From Cycas panzhihuaensis (lineage: Eukaryota; Plantae; Cycadophyta): a DNA stretch of 64,000 nucleotides. The stretch lies in contig CM041465.1 in assembly GCA_023213395.1 (NCBI GenBank), forward strand, positions 1 through 64,000, given 5' to 3'. The notes below the pieces were generated by a model. That model had not been told where the DNA came from. It was given only the letters and a program-made list of their open reading frames with translations, and searched no databases. The translations under genes were made by a program, and so were the position numbers. Position 1 is the first letter of the stretch; the number at the start of each line of letters is the position of its first letter. Below are positions 1-12,843 of this stretch, in pieces.

Positions 1-860
1 AACCCAAACAAGAAAAACCCATCCAAAATCCACCAACGACAAATGCGTAAGGAAAGAAAAGAAAACGCAATAAGAGAAGAGTGCAGACGGACCGTATGCC
101 TCTCAGAATTCGACGCCGAAACAGAGTAGGGCATGTAAAACAAATGTGACTAAAAATGGAGAGAGAGCACAAGTAAAGAAAACACAACACAAAATTGTGG
201 CAAGAAAGCGTAATAAACCCAAAGTGCGCTTAAAAACGAAAGTGGGGGAGGGGTGGAGACTACATAGCAAATGCAACAGCTGTGAAGGACTAGTGGTCCT
301 GACAAAGAAATGCGGGACCTGGACAAACGCAAAGAACCACTGTGAAAGGGCCCCTGGGCACTCGAATCAACAGAGACATCGCCTGCCGTGCATCAACATT
401 CGAAACACGACCGGGGAACAAGCACAATTTGAGATCAAGTAAAGGGCAAGGGGAAGGAATATAAGAATGAAACAGGCCAACGACGGGAGGACCGCGTACA
501 AGTACTCAAACTGAAACCACAACGACATCACCATGCCCACCCCCCCCCCCAAAAGCGAAAGCTCCCGCGCAAAACACCCCCCCTGCACACAACACACACA
601 AGGGAGTGACCATTTAGGGAAAACCGAACGCACCACCATGCAAACGGGAGAGATCAATCCCTACGAAACGGGTATTATAAAACTAGCAGCAACGACTAAA
701 GCCACACCCCACAAGGCCACGGGGGAGGGAACCCACACATGGGGGACTTCGACCGTGCAACCCAATAGGGATCAGACAGGCAAGAGAAGAGGGGAGCAAG
801 ACAGATGCCGACTTTCGGTGCACGGCCACGAGACGCCAAACAACTGGAAAATTTAGGAGA
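1..860 (-). other. 5' external transcribed spacer (unique part) of an rDNA unit whose 18S lies left of the window
   Basis: Position 1 (aacccaaacaagaaaaacccatccaaaatccaccaacgac) matches 18863 and 54291, which lie about 150 bp and 30 bp upstream of the 18S genes on the minus strand. Confidence 0.85.
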
Positions 861-1490
861 GGAGCGAGCATATAGACAACAGAGGGAAACGATCGGAGCG
901 GGGCAGACGCTTTTCGCTCACCTGACACCGGGAGGAGTATCCCGTGACGAGGCCCTTTACCCTACATGCCCGGCTACCCAACCGGCGACCAACAATAAGT
1001 CCGACGGCACGCCCTGCACGCGAGTTCCTCTATAAACGACGCTTGGGCTAACGCCATTTAAACACCCTTCGCACGCATCCGTGTCCGTGCTAACCGCCCG
1101 AACCTACGGCCTCGACGATAGCAAAATGAGCGTTAGTTCGCACCACCGGGAAATCTTACGAGGAGCAAGCATACAGAGAGGAGAGAGGGAACGACGAGCT
1201 GGGCAGACGCCGCTCTTCACCACGACACCCCGGGAGGAGTAGGCCGTACGAGGCCCTTGACCCTACACACCGGGCCGCCCAATCGCCACCAACATCAAGT
1301 CCGGACGGCACGCCCCTGCACGCTGAAGTTCCTCTATAAACGACGCTTGAACGCCACGAAACACCCTTCGCGACGTATCCGTGTCCGCGCTAACCGCCCA
1401 ACCTACGGCCTCGATCGCAGACAGCGTAAATAAGCGAAGGCTCCGCACCACCGGAAATCTATGAGGAGCGAGCATACATAGATCAGAGAG
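860..1490. repeat. ETS subrepeat family A (about 305 bp), 2 copies
   Basis: Anchor agttcctctataaacgacgc recurs at about 1023 and 1327. Confidence 0.85.
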
Positions 1491-2299
1491 GCAACAAAAC
1501 CACCAACAATCGAGCACCATACCGAGACCACAAAGAGAATCCAAGCATCGGGGTGGGGGGACATGCATCAACAAATAACTAGAACGGACTCGAATAAGGC
1601 ATTATACCGGGCCTCAAAAAACCATTCCATCACCGACAAATCACATGAAGAGCAATAAGAGGGGCACAACAATTATGACATGGATGAGATTTGATCGCAA
1701 TAACCGTGATTGCGTGAGCAAGTTTAACGTGGAAAAGAGGATACACAGAGAGGGACCAATTCGTGACTTCAAATAAATAGAAAGATGATAATCTTTACAC
1801 TGACAAAGGTCACAAAGACTCACGCAAAACACAAAAGTGTCGTGACAAAAGATGCTGCGGAAAATCCATCCTTAAGGGGCTCTTACGCAAAACAGAGGCA
1901 AAAGGGGAAGCGAACAAAGTACTCAAATCAAACAAAGAGAGCATCGAGAGCTTGAGGAGGCGTATCAACCGTAAACAGAGAAACCCATCCGACAAACATG
2001 TGCACAAAATTGCTTTATCGCCCAAAATTTCAAGCGCCAACAAAAATCCCAAGGTGGAGTAAATCGCAACCGCCTACAAGCGTAATTTCAAGAAGATACA
2101 TTTATGGGTCAACCCGACCATTATCCTAATTTGAGGCAACCTCCCCGACCGTTTTTCGCAACGGACCGAGCTCGCAACTCGGAGGGACATGTCACCGATT
2201 CAACACCCGAATATGGACGTAAACGCATTCAAACACGTATCTAGGCAACCGAGACAATGGTAAGACTTGCAAATGTAACAAAGGGGACACACGCCCACC

Positions 2300-5200
2300 G
2301 ATTTGCTCGATCGCAACGCCTAACGCCCTCACGCGCTACGACATGGACCGAAATCGCAACACGCCGACCGACCTAGAAGCCCGAGGCCAATGCTCAAGGA
2401 CCCGACATGAAGCACAAAGAAATCCGCCACGCTTCGCGCGTAATTGAACCCAAAGAAACGCAAAATAAGGGTCCGCCGCAGGTGGCCGACGCCCCACCGC
2501 CCGCCACTTGATAAGTCACCGCGCGCTGAATCGCGTCAACAATAACACGGATTTGCCCTTTGGTCGAAGGTGCCACCCCATCGACCGAAAAGAAAACGCA
2601 CAACACGCCGACGACAAGCAAAGGCTCCAAGGCCAAGGCCGAGAGGATCCCACCATGAAATACAAAAGAACCGCCATGTTTCAGACGCAATTGAGCTGTG
2701 AGGACCGGGCAACAAGGGTCCGCCCACCGAAAGGTGGCCTACAATCCTCTCCTAGCACAAGGAAAAATTCACCACCGCCACGAGCCGCGCCGCATTAATC
2801 GGCCGTAGGACCTCACGGAGAAAGGTCTCGCCGCACTCCGTGCCAATGCTCGGCGACCCGGCTGAAGCACAAAGGAACGCCACGCTTTGCACGTAATTCC
2901 ACCAGAGGAATCTGCATTGCGTCCGCCTACTGCAGGCCAACGCCCCCACGCCAATTGATAAATCACCACCGCCATGAGTTCTCGTCATAATACGGACGAC
3001 CATCTTTGATCGAAGGTGCCACCCGCGCTACAACATGGACCGAAAACACGCAACACGCCGACCGACTCTAACAAAGGCCAAGGCCAATGCCCTGAGGACC
3101 CACATGAAGTGCAAAGGAACGACCATGTTTCGCATGCAATCGAGCCGAGGACTCACTTTAATAAGGGTCCGCCTGGCAGCCGAGGGGCTCTACGACTTCC
3201 CTCGCCAACACACTAATTTTAAAAATCACACCGCGAGGAGCCAGTCTCGATATCGATTTAGTCATGAGGACTCCTGTAAAGCGGCCCCGCCCTAGGCCCC
3301 GAAGCAATGCTCGAAGGACCAAACATGAAGCACAAAGGAACTGGACGCCGCTTTGCCTTTGATCGGATGAAAGCCACCTCATGCGCTACAAGATGGACCG
3401 AACGCGCAACATGTCGGATCGACCTAACAAGGCCTGCTAAGGCCAATGCTCAGAGGGACCCCGACATGAAATGCAAAGGAACCCGCTTATAAGTTTCAGA
3501 GACGTAATCGGAGCCGCATTTACTTTCACTCATTTAATAAGGGTCCGGCTCATCGAGGGTCCGGGCCGCCTGGCCCCGTGCAAAGTAATGATCGTGGGTT
3601 AGCGTAATCATGAAGCACAAGGGAACGAACACGGCTCATGCTGCTCACGGTGCACCGTAAAGCAACACACGGTAAATAAGGGTCTCACCGTCTCACGCGA
3701 GGGCCAACGCCTCGCCCTCGGCCACGGGCCTAAAAGATAAATCACCGCCACGAAGGCTCCGCCAAAAAATAATACGGACGCCTTTTATCGACAGTGTGCT
3801 ACCTCACGCGCGCGGCATGTGCGACGGATGGATGTAATAAGCGCAACTCGGCCGTTTAATCGACCTAACATAGGCCCAAGGCCAATGTTCTGGGGACCCA
3901 CATTAGGCGAGAGAGGAACTACCATGTTGGGACATACACTGAGCCAGAGGATCAATGGATAAGGGGAGTCCTGGCCATTGAACGAGCGGCTTCAGCTTGG
4001 GGTTCCCCTGCCAAAGACAAAGAAAAATCACCGCCTTCAGAGTCAAGCCGCTTACACATAACCGGCTCAACGGCCACTCGCGAAGGGCAACCGCCTCTCG
4101 CCATCCTTGTGCCAATGCCTTTAAGAACCAACATGAGCACAAGGAAACGGCCACATTACATGCTGCTTATCGAACCAAAGCAACCACAAAATAAGGGTCT
4201 GTTCACGTGGATTAATGTTCCTGCACCTAATGCGCTAATCGAGCAATCGCTACCGCCATGGCTTTCCGCCAATAATAATACGGATGCTCTTTTCATCATC
4301 GGCAGCGCACTGAGCGCGCTTACAAAGATGGACCTGGACACAAGCAACCTAGCTGATCGGGATTTCCAACAAAGGCCCAAGGCCAATGCTCGTGAGGGAC
4401 CCGACTGGAAGCGCAAAGGAACGCGCTACCATGTTTCGCACGTCGCACTGGAGCCGCAGGACTCACGTAAATAAGGGTCCTTGGTCCCACTGCGCCGCGC
4501 CTAGTGGTTCCCCGCCAAAGACAAAGAAAAATCACCGCCTTTTCCAGAGCCATTTTGCAAATCACCGCTCAACGAACTCGTGCAAAGGACCTTCCCGCCG
4601 CCCTGTGCCAATGCTTGTAAGAACCAAACATGAAGCACAAGGAACCGGGCCACGATCTTATCCGCGCTTATTGAACCAAAGCAATCTGTAACAGTAAGTG
4701 GGTTCCGTCACGCAGTGTGGACAACGCCCTCTAATGCTAAATAATCGATAAATCACCGCCTGCGAATGAGTTTCCGCCACACACACTTTCCGACGATCTC
4801 TTTATCGGTTGGTGCGCGACCATGCGCGCTACAAAGATGGGACCGAACACGCCAAGAACTCGCCGATCGGACCTAACAAAGGCCCAAGGCCAATGCTCGA
4901 GGGACCCGAATCAAGCGCAGAGGAACGCGCCATGTTTCGCGACGTAATCGAGCCGTGAGGACTCATGGAATAAGGGTCCGCCCACCGAGCGGGCTCTGTT
5001 TGTGGTTCCTCTGCCAAGACAAAGAAAGATCACCGCCTGTGAGCCGCTTACTTGCATAACTAGCCTGCTAGGAACTTCGCAGTATCACCGCGGTCACCGC
5101 CTGCCAATGCTCAAGAACCGAACATGAAGCACAAGGGAACGACCACGATTCGCTGGCTTATTGAACCAAAGCAACCACAAAATAGTGAAACTGTCTGCTG

Positions 5201-6520
5201 CCGCTGCAGGCAAAGTCCCTCCAACGGCCAATCAATAAATCACCGCCTGCCATGAGTCCGCCACACACACACGGACGCTGCTCTTTATCCTGTGCCACCT
5301 CATGCGCGCATACAAGATGGACCGAACACGCTAACTCGTCGACCAACCTAACAAAGGCCCATAGCGCCAATGCTTCCTCGTGAGGGACCCGGAATCAAGT
5401 GCCATAAGGAACACTACTGACATGTTCGCGGCATTTAATTGCGAGCTGCAGGACTCACAGTATCAAGGGTCCGTCCCACCGAGCTGGGCCTGTGGTTTCC
5501 CCGCCAACACACAAAGAAAAACCACCGCCCACGAGCCGCTTGGGCAAGATAACCGCCTGGGGCCTCAACAACTCGCCAGGTGAAGGGCCCCGCCTTCGGC
5601 CGCCCCCTGTGCCAATGCTCAAGAACCGAACATGAAGGCCAAGGATCTACCATGATTCGTATGCCTATTGAACCAAAGCAATCATAAAATAGCAGTGGTC
5701 CGGTCTCACCATGCAGTGGACAACGTCTCCCCCCATCGGGCTAATCGATAAATCACCGCCATCATGAGTCGCCACACACGGACGCTAGTTTTTACTCTGA
5801 GGTGCCACCTCATGTGCTACAAAGATGGACCGAACACTACCTAACTCGGCCGGGGACCGGACTCTAACAAAGGCCCAAGGACAATGCTCGTGAGGGACTC
5901 GATCAGAATGCGCAGCAACGCTGCGCCATGTTTCAAGCATAATTGAGCCAGAGGACTCATGGCACAAGGGTCCGCTCCACCCCAGCGAGGCCTAAGGTTC
6001 CCCCGCCAAGACAAAGAAAAATCACCGCCTTTCAGAGTCGCTTTTACATACAATCGCTCACAAGAAACTCGTGAGATAAAGGGTCTCCTGGGCTCAGCTG
6101 CCCTCAGCCAATGCTCGTAATAAGAACCGAACATGAAGAACAAGGAAACTACCACCATGATTCGCACGCTTATCAACCAAAGCAAATACAAAATAAGGGT
6201 CCGTCAACAGTGCAGGACAACGTCTCCCCACGGGCCAATCGATAAATCACCGCCCGCCACCTAGTCGCTACGCCAATAATACACGGACGCTGCCTTTTAT
6301 CGAAGGTGCCACCGACGCGCCACAGCATGGACCAACAGCCACGTGCAACTCACCGACGACCTAACAAAGGCCCAAGGCCAAATGCTCTGAGGGACCCGAT
6401 CAAGCGCAAAGGAACGCTGGCCATGTTTCACACGCACTGAGCCGTAGGACTCACTAATAAGTGTCCGCCCACCGAAGTGGGGTTTTCCAGTGGTTCCCCC
6501 CGCCAAGACAAGAAAAAAAC
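2300..6520. repeat. Spacer subrepeat family B (about 450-500 bp, two-half internal structure), about 9-10 noisy copies
   Basis: Recurring aaggcccaaggccaatgctc, aataagggtccgcccaccga and catgaagcacaagga. This copy is rich in small insertions. Confidence 0.8.
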
Positions 6521-6539
6521 ACCACCGTTCGGCCAGAGC

Positions 6540-7322
6540 CGCAAAGCTGCCCACCCCACCCCAAGAGGGGACACACCACCACCAAAAAGGGAGCCCACCA
6601 CACACCTCAACCGAAAAGAAAGAAAACAAATAACCAAACGTCTAAAGGGGAGAACTCACAAAGTTAATAATGGAAAACAAAGCACCATGGAACAAGAGGG
6701 AAACGCACGCAGGGGAGAAAACTAAGGGGCAGGAAAGACAAACAAGACAATCGGGACTTCACCCAAATGGGGCCACAGTAACAAGACAAACGAGGAAACG
6801 AGGGGGAAGGCTACACCCAAATATGAGTCCGGGTGAGAGAGCACTGTAATGGACGCCAGCTGGGGCCGTAGGTTGTAGACAATGCCCCCGTCCTGGCAGT
6901 GCACTTAGAAGAGGGGGATGTGCCGGGCAAGTAAAGCATCTGCCCCACCCCAAGAGGGACACCACCGAAAGGGAGCCCGCCACACACCCCCAACCGACGG
7001 AAAGAAAAACAAACAACGAAACATCGAAAGGGAAGAATTGACCAGCAACAATGGAAAGGAAAAACAAACTGCCCAAACAAAAGGAAAACGCACGAGGGGG
7101 AGACAAAAACGGAAGGGGTGAAGATAAAACAAGACAATTGGGACTTCCGTCGAAAAAAAGGTCGCCACTTGAACAAAACAACCCGGCATCGCGGGGGAAG
7201 GCGTCCCAACATGTGCTGGGGTGAAAAGAGCAGCCAGCTTGTAACCTGGGGTCGAGGGGAAACGACACATTTGCTACATGTCTCGGGCACGAGGGTGTAA
7301 AACGGCCCATCCCAAGGCACAC
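6540..7322. repeat. Spacer subrepeat family C (about 370-400 bp), about 2 copies, truncated
   Basis: ccccaccccaagagggacaccaccgaaagggagccc and aagacaattgggacttc motifs; the array stops abruptly at cacttaggaaag. Confidence 0.8.
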
Positions 7323-9145
7323 TTAGGAAAGTCCCTCGAAGCGGGACGCTCACTGCTCGCTACCCGACATCACCATGCACCTACCGCCCGCCTCACCACG
7401 ATAGCAAGCAAATGAGACCACCCGGACAAAATTTCATGAGCTCGAGGCATTGCACTTCTAGGCCCAAAATTTCTCAAAGCTAATCCTTTTCCCGGTTACA
7501 AATCCATTTTGTCGACTTCCCCTACCTACATCGTTCTATCCACCAGAAAGCCACCTCACCTTGGAGACTGACCGATGCTATGAGTATGACCCAAGGCTGA
7601 AACCTGGTGCACTTCTATCCTTCCTGATTTTCAAGGCCGTCAGCTTGAGGCGCATCACCTGCACACCGCAGACATGTGATGTTTCCGTACTACTGACCCC
7701 ATCTCCTGCATGAAACCGATTTCTGTGGTGGGCGGGGCCGTGTTAAAAAGAAAGATAACCCCACCGGCCCCGCCGACTTCTCCGACTTCCTAACGCCGCC
7801 ATCCACGCCACAGTCCCCGGCTCGAGAATATTAACAACCGATTCCCTTCGATGTACACGCGAAAGTTCGCCCCGGCCCCTTCGGCCACATGTGGCTTCCC
7901 CATCTCTCGATCGACCAACCCATGTCCAAGTGTCTGCTACATGGAACCTTTCCCACTTCCCGCCTTCAAAGTTCTCATTTCTATTTGAATATTTGCTGGC
8001 TATCACCACTCAAGATCCGCACCCAGGGTAATGGGTCCGCCTGCACCTCACGCCCAAGGTTTTCAATCCACTCCCCCACGCCCTTCCTACTCACCGAGTA
8101 CAAGAACACTTGCCCCGACGACTCCAGTATAGGTCACGCCGTCAAGCTCATCCATTTCTGTGGCTACTAGTTGATCTTGGCAGTGAGTTGTTACACTCCC
8201 AATGCATTTCACTTCCATGACCACCGGCCCCACTGCCTTAATCAACCAACACCTCTTTGTGGATCTGGGTTAGCACGCATTCCTACAGACCAGAATCCCG
8301 ACTTTCTTGCTCATCCCGCACGCCAGCCTCACCACTAAAATGGCCCACTTAGAGCTCCCCGATTCCGCTTGCCACCTACCAAAGAGGAGCGTATGCACAC
8401 ACCGCCTTACTCGGCTATTTAAAGTTTGAGAATAGGTCGAGGGCATTACGCTCGATGCCTCTAATCATTTGCTTTTACCCGATAAACTCTCGCACTGAGG
8501 CCCCGCCTATCCTCAGAGGAAACTTCGGTGAGGAAACCAATGCATCAGATGGTTCGGATTAGTCTTTCACCCCTACACCCAAGTCGCATTTAACGATTTG
8601 CAGACAAGCCAAGATCGCTACTTGCCTCCACCACTGTGAGTTTCCTCCGCTTCACCCCGCTGTCTGCATAGTTCACCATCTTTCGTGTCCCAATAGGTAT
8701 ACTCAGCACCAACCTCCTTCACAGAAGATCGTATTTGCCTACGTGCAGCACGCCCGAGGGGCATCTCGCCAGCCGCCTTTCCCGCTTAACTAAGTTTCCA
8801 ACCCGCATGACCAAGACACACATGTCGACCTCTTGGGTCCGCGGTTTCAAGACTCCGCCGGATTTTAAAAGTCACAGACGAACGCCACAAGAGCTATAGG
8901 TGCCCTGGGCCCACTGGCCAAGCAGTAGGTGCGCTGGCTCAAAGGACCGCCGTCGCAATCGACTCTAACTCCCCCCGCAGCCTCCTCATAAGGTATGCTT
9001 TTTTGGTCACCACGATACGCCCATCGATGGTCCACACCCTACGCCGAAAGCCGGTGCAGAGACGGGGTCACTGCTCAAGACGGGACCGTGAGCCGCATCA
9101 CCAACCTCCATCCACTTCCCCTCCCTAATTTCAAGCACTTTTTGA

Positions 9146-9176
<31 letters not shown>

Positions 9177-9557
9177 TCACAGATATTTATTCGCTTACTT
9201 CCGGCCCCTCACCGCCCATATTTAGCCTCGGGATGTAATCTGGCTACTAATCTGATTAGGGCTCGCATTCCCAAACAACCCGACTCGCAGCACAACGCCT
9301 CGTGATGCAACAGGTCCCAACCCGACGGGCTCACTCCCGCCGCCCCTTCCAGGGACTTGGGCCCATGGCCCATCACGTAAGACGCTTACAGCTGTTAAAG
9401 CTGCAATTCGGATAAAGAACCGGCCACCCGACATTTTCATGCTCGACTCTTCCTTGCCTCGGGCTCGCTTGCCACATTAGGGGAATCCTTTTAAGTTTCT
9501 TTTCCTCCGCTTAGTGATATGCTTAAACTCACGGTGCTTCCTCACCGACTGGGTCGC
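7323..9557 (-). pseudogene. 26S rRNA: Truncated 26S rRNA gene copy (5' portion only)
   Basis: Collinear with 14101-16020 of the full 26S. Includes tcctccgcttagtgatatgcttaaactc (about 9503-9530) and tttaaagtttgagaataggtcgagg. The 3' third of the gene is absent. Confidence 0.85.
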
Positions 9558-9793
9558 GTGGATTTGACGATTTCCGGGAGGAACTCCTACCAAGCCTAGG
9601 CCCTCCGGAAAGTGATCAAGTCGAGGAGAGCCTTCCTCAAGGTTGCACTTTACTTGCAAGTTGCCAGACGACGGGCCAAGACGACCCAACCACCGGCCAC
9701 GACATGCCCGGCTAACCCGGAGCCCAACTGTTAAGCCGATGGTGTCACAAGGGACAATGCATGTACCAGCCCTCCACCACCCGCACGCAGCAA
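9558..9793 (-). other. ITS2 of the orphan fragment (no 5.8S follows)
   Basis: Matches 16021-16225 (gaggaactcctaccaagcc...gatcaagtcgagg...ccagcctccacc), then switches to IGS sequence matching about 45335 onward. Confidence 0.8.
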
Positions 9794-10159
9794 ATAGTCT
9801 CGTGAGGTTGGGTCCGTGAACTATCGCCGTAAGAACGAGAACCAAGAACCCAATGCATCCCTACGGATGTGCACGGGGAAGACGCCCAGCCCAACAACCT
9901 CGGCTGTGAGGGTTACCGATACGGGACGGTCTTTCACCGATGGGATCCAAGGTGCGCCTCATGAAACGGGACGCATAACCAAGGCGTCTCTACATGTGCC
10001 CGGGGAAGAGGCCTGGACCACTGGCTGGGTTGGGAGGTTTCCGACGCGGACATATCTTTGTCCGCATCGACGCTTAGAAACAAGATGCTCAAGAAACGAC
10101 CACCCGTAACCGGAGGCATCCACACATGTGGCCGGGGAGGTGGCTGATCCCAAAATAGA

Positions 10160-11040
10160 GCTTAATTGGTGAAGAAGTCAATTATCAACCTTTCTCCTTG
10201 AGATCCTGGGAGATAGTGTAGAAATCCCAATAACATCAAAACAAGAATGAGCCCACAAAAGGAAATTCTACACCAAATCATTTATAATTGCCATTGCTCC
10301 AAATGTAAGTATGAAGAGTAATACTTTTATTAAACTATAAAAATCTCTATTTAATGGTGGAGAAAACAACTAGCAAAAGAATGGTCAAATTATAAGGAAT
10401 AGATGATGCAATTATATCGTAAGCAGGACTCCAACCCTCCAAAATGCTTCTCCAAGGATGATTCCCAAGTTAAGTGCCTTTCACCTTCAAGAACCGAGTC
10501 TCCAAACACGTAAATGAGCTCAAGAAGGCTCAACTACTAGAAAGAAACCCAAATTGCATGTTTAACAAGTGGCAATCATACAAGTATAACCACTAACAAC
10601 CGGAATACATGTTGTCCAAGTGGCCTTCATGCAATTCTTAAAAATTATGGCTTGTACCTAGGCTTAACGAACTCCAATTCGTCTCAAATTTGGTGCACCT
10701 ATAGGAACACATGTCCCCTTCCCTTCCTCAAACTTTTAGCTCATTTGGATGCCATTTGACTACATTTTCATTGATTTAATTATAGTATGTATTTGTTATT
10801 TTTCTGCTGGCTTTGGGATCAATTTTCTGCAAACACAAGGCTTGAAATCTAATCAAATGATATTTTCTGAACCCCACCTTTTGTGCACATGTAGTGGGAT
10901 GTGTCTTATTCCTTTCCAAAAAATTTCATATAAGCCTGATACCATTTGGCCCTATCTCTTTCAGTTATTCCAATGCCTAGCATTTTCTCAGTGTTGTAGA
11001 CATACGATAGATCCTCCCAACATTTTCCGCCTCCCAGAAC
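10160..11040. other. AT-rich unique IGS block of unknown (possibly TE) origin, copy 1
   Basis: Aligns by eye without indels to 45690-46570; no recognisable protein motif. Confidence 0.7.
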
Positions 11041-11129
11041 ATAATGGTAGATCCTCCTCGATCGTCCACCCCAATCGACTGGCCTCGAGGGTTCCCAAGA
11101 CGACCAATCCTTTCTCCTGACCGACTCCC

Positions 11130-11650
11130 AACATATACCGCAGCAGCATGGACCGCCGCACCGAACCGACTAGATAAGATCGTGACAATTGGAGTACCGT
11201 GAAGATTGCTAACAATCCCCTGTCCCATTCTCGCACCCAACACGTTGAGGTGCACCACCACTCCATCCGATCCTAACTCAAGGGCCATAAAGATCGCGGT
11301 GCGTGCAATCGATGGAAGAACAACCGGTCGACATCTTCCAACCACCCAAGTAGTGAAAGATTTCGTGCTTTCCCGATGCTTTAGGTATCTGAAGAAATGA
11401 AGTTAACATCAAGGGGAAGCGCCGATATTATTGTTTGTTCACGCCGCTAACGTGGTTATGGGCCTCCCTCCTTCTTGTAACATGGTTATAACCATGGCTC
11501 GTGGGTTCCGTAGAAAATATTACATCTTAGGATTTTTATTTAGTCGACATGTGAGCGATGGCCCCTGTGATTCTTTTTAGGAGTCAGTATCTATCCAAGA
11601 TACACGGCACAATTGAAGTTCATGAGAGACTAAGATTGCTCGAAGCTTGT
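11130..11650 (+). mobile_element. Ty1/copia remnant: RNase H C-terminus, PPT and start of 3' LTR (copy 1)
   Basis: gtgaagattgctaacaatcccctgtcccattctcgcacccaacacgttgaggtgcaccaccactccatccga translates to VKIANNPLSHSRTQHVEVHHHSIR, matching the copia RNase H motif (CDN..AI.IA.NPV.HSRTKHIE..HFIR). An EEQ..DIF-like segment follows, then purine tract aaggggaag at 11411-11419. Confidence 0.85.
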
Positions 11651-11659
11651 GTCATCATT

Positions 11660-12830
11660 TATGTACTTGGACTATAAAAAGATCCACAAGAGAGAGTCTA
11701 AAAATCGCACTTCATTCTAGAAGATTTGTGTAAACCCAATCGCTAATTTTGACCGTGACGAGGAAAAGCTATACTAGAAAGACTTAAAGAAATCATGACT
11801 TCTTTCTCGAAGATTTGCAAAGCCCACGCCCTTATGGACTTGGACGATAGAAAGATCTCGCACTTCATTCCTGAACCCCACCTCTTGTGGACTTGGACGA
11901 TGGAAAGCTCGCACTGCTCCCGGAAACCCCACCTCGCTTCAGGACTGGACGATGGAAACCTCTCGCTTCATTCCCGAAAACCCCACCTCGCTTGTGGACT
12001 CCTGACGATGGAAAGCTCGCACTTCATTCTAAACCCCACTTCGCTTATGGACTCCTGGACGATGAAGAGCTCTACAGAACTTAAAGAAATCAGACTTCTT
12101 TCTCGAAGATTTGTGGAAACCCTCTTCGCTTATCGCCTGGACGAGGGTTCATTCTCTAAACCCCACTTCATCTATGGACTTGATGGTGGAAGGCCTCAAG
12201 GCTCATCTCGAAATCGCACTTCATTTTTTATGGACTTGGATGATGGAACGCTCTCGCCTTCATTCATGAAACCCCACTTCGCTGTGGACTCAGGAACACT
12301 TCATTCGCGGAAACCCCACTTCGCTGCGGACTTGGTGGAAAGAAGCTCTGCACTTCATTCGCGGAAACCCCACTTCGTCGTGGACTTGGTGGAAAGAAGC
12401 TCTGCACTTCATTCGCGGAAACCCCACTTCGTTGTGGACTTAGACGATATCGAGTTGCGGAACGCCGGAAACCCCACTTCGTTGTGGACTTGGATGATAT
12501 TGAGCCATGGACTTGGTGGAAGAAAGCTCGCACTTCATTCGCTGGAAACCCCACTGGCCGTGGACTCGACTGATATTAAGTCATGGACTTGGTGGAAAGC
12601 TCTGCACTTCATTCGCGGAAACCCCACTTCGTCGTGGACTTAGACGATATCGAGTTGCAGAACGCCGGAAACCCCACTTCGTTGTAGACAGAGACAATAT
12701 CAAGTTGCGGAACATTGTGGACTTGGGCGATGTTGAGTTGCGGAAACCCCACCCCATTCTGGGCACGAGAAAGAAGCTGCGCAAGATTTACGGAGACCCC
12801 ACTTCTTCTTGGACTCGAGAGCGAAGAGCC
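11660..12830. repeat. 3'ETS-proximal subrepeat family D (about 48 bp, degenerate), copy 1
   Basis: Tandem cttcattcgcggaaaccccacttcgt(t/c)gtggacttgg directly abutting the 26S 3' end. Confidence 0.85.
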
Positions 12831-12843
12831 AAGAGGTGGGGCC

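Noticed and set aside
10430-11030. Minus-strand peptides WRSILEG, CWEDLS..LGIG..KWYQAY (LINE-like) and IYVFGDS (GDSL-like)
   Set aside because: They are short, in different frames, bounded by stops and wrongly spaced; not supportable without a database search.
10749-11120. 123-aa ORF also present at 46282-46572
   Set aside because: It is shared only because the block is duplicated. It has no recognisable domain and its 3' end differs between copies.
11670-11680. ctataaaaa as TATA box of the copia LTR
   Set aside because: The second copy reads cgataaaaa, and the context matches the first degenerate D monomer (acttggacgat..aaag).
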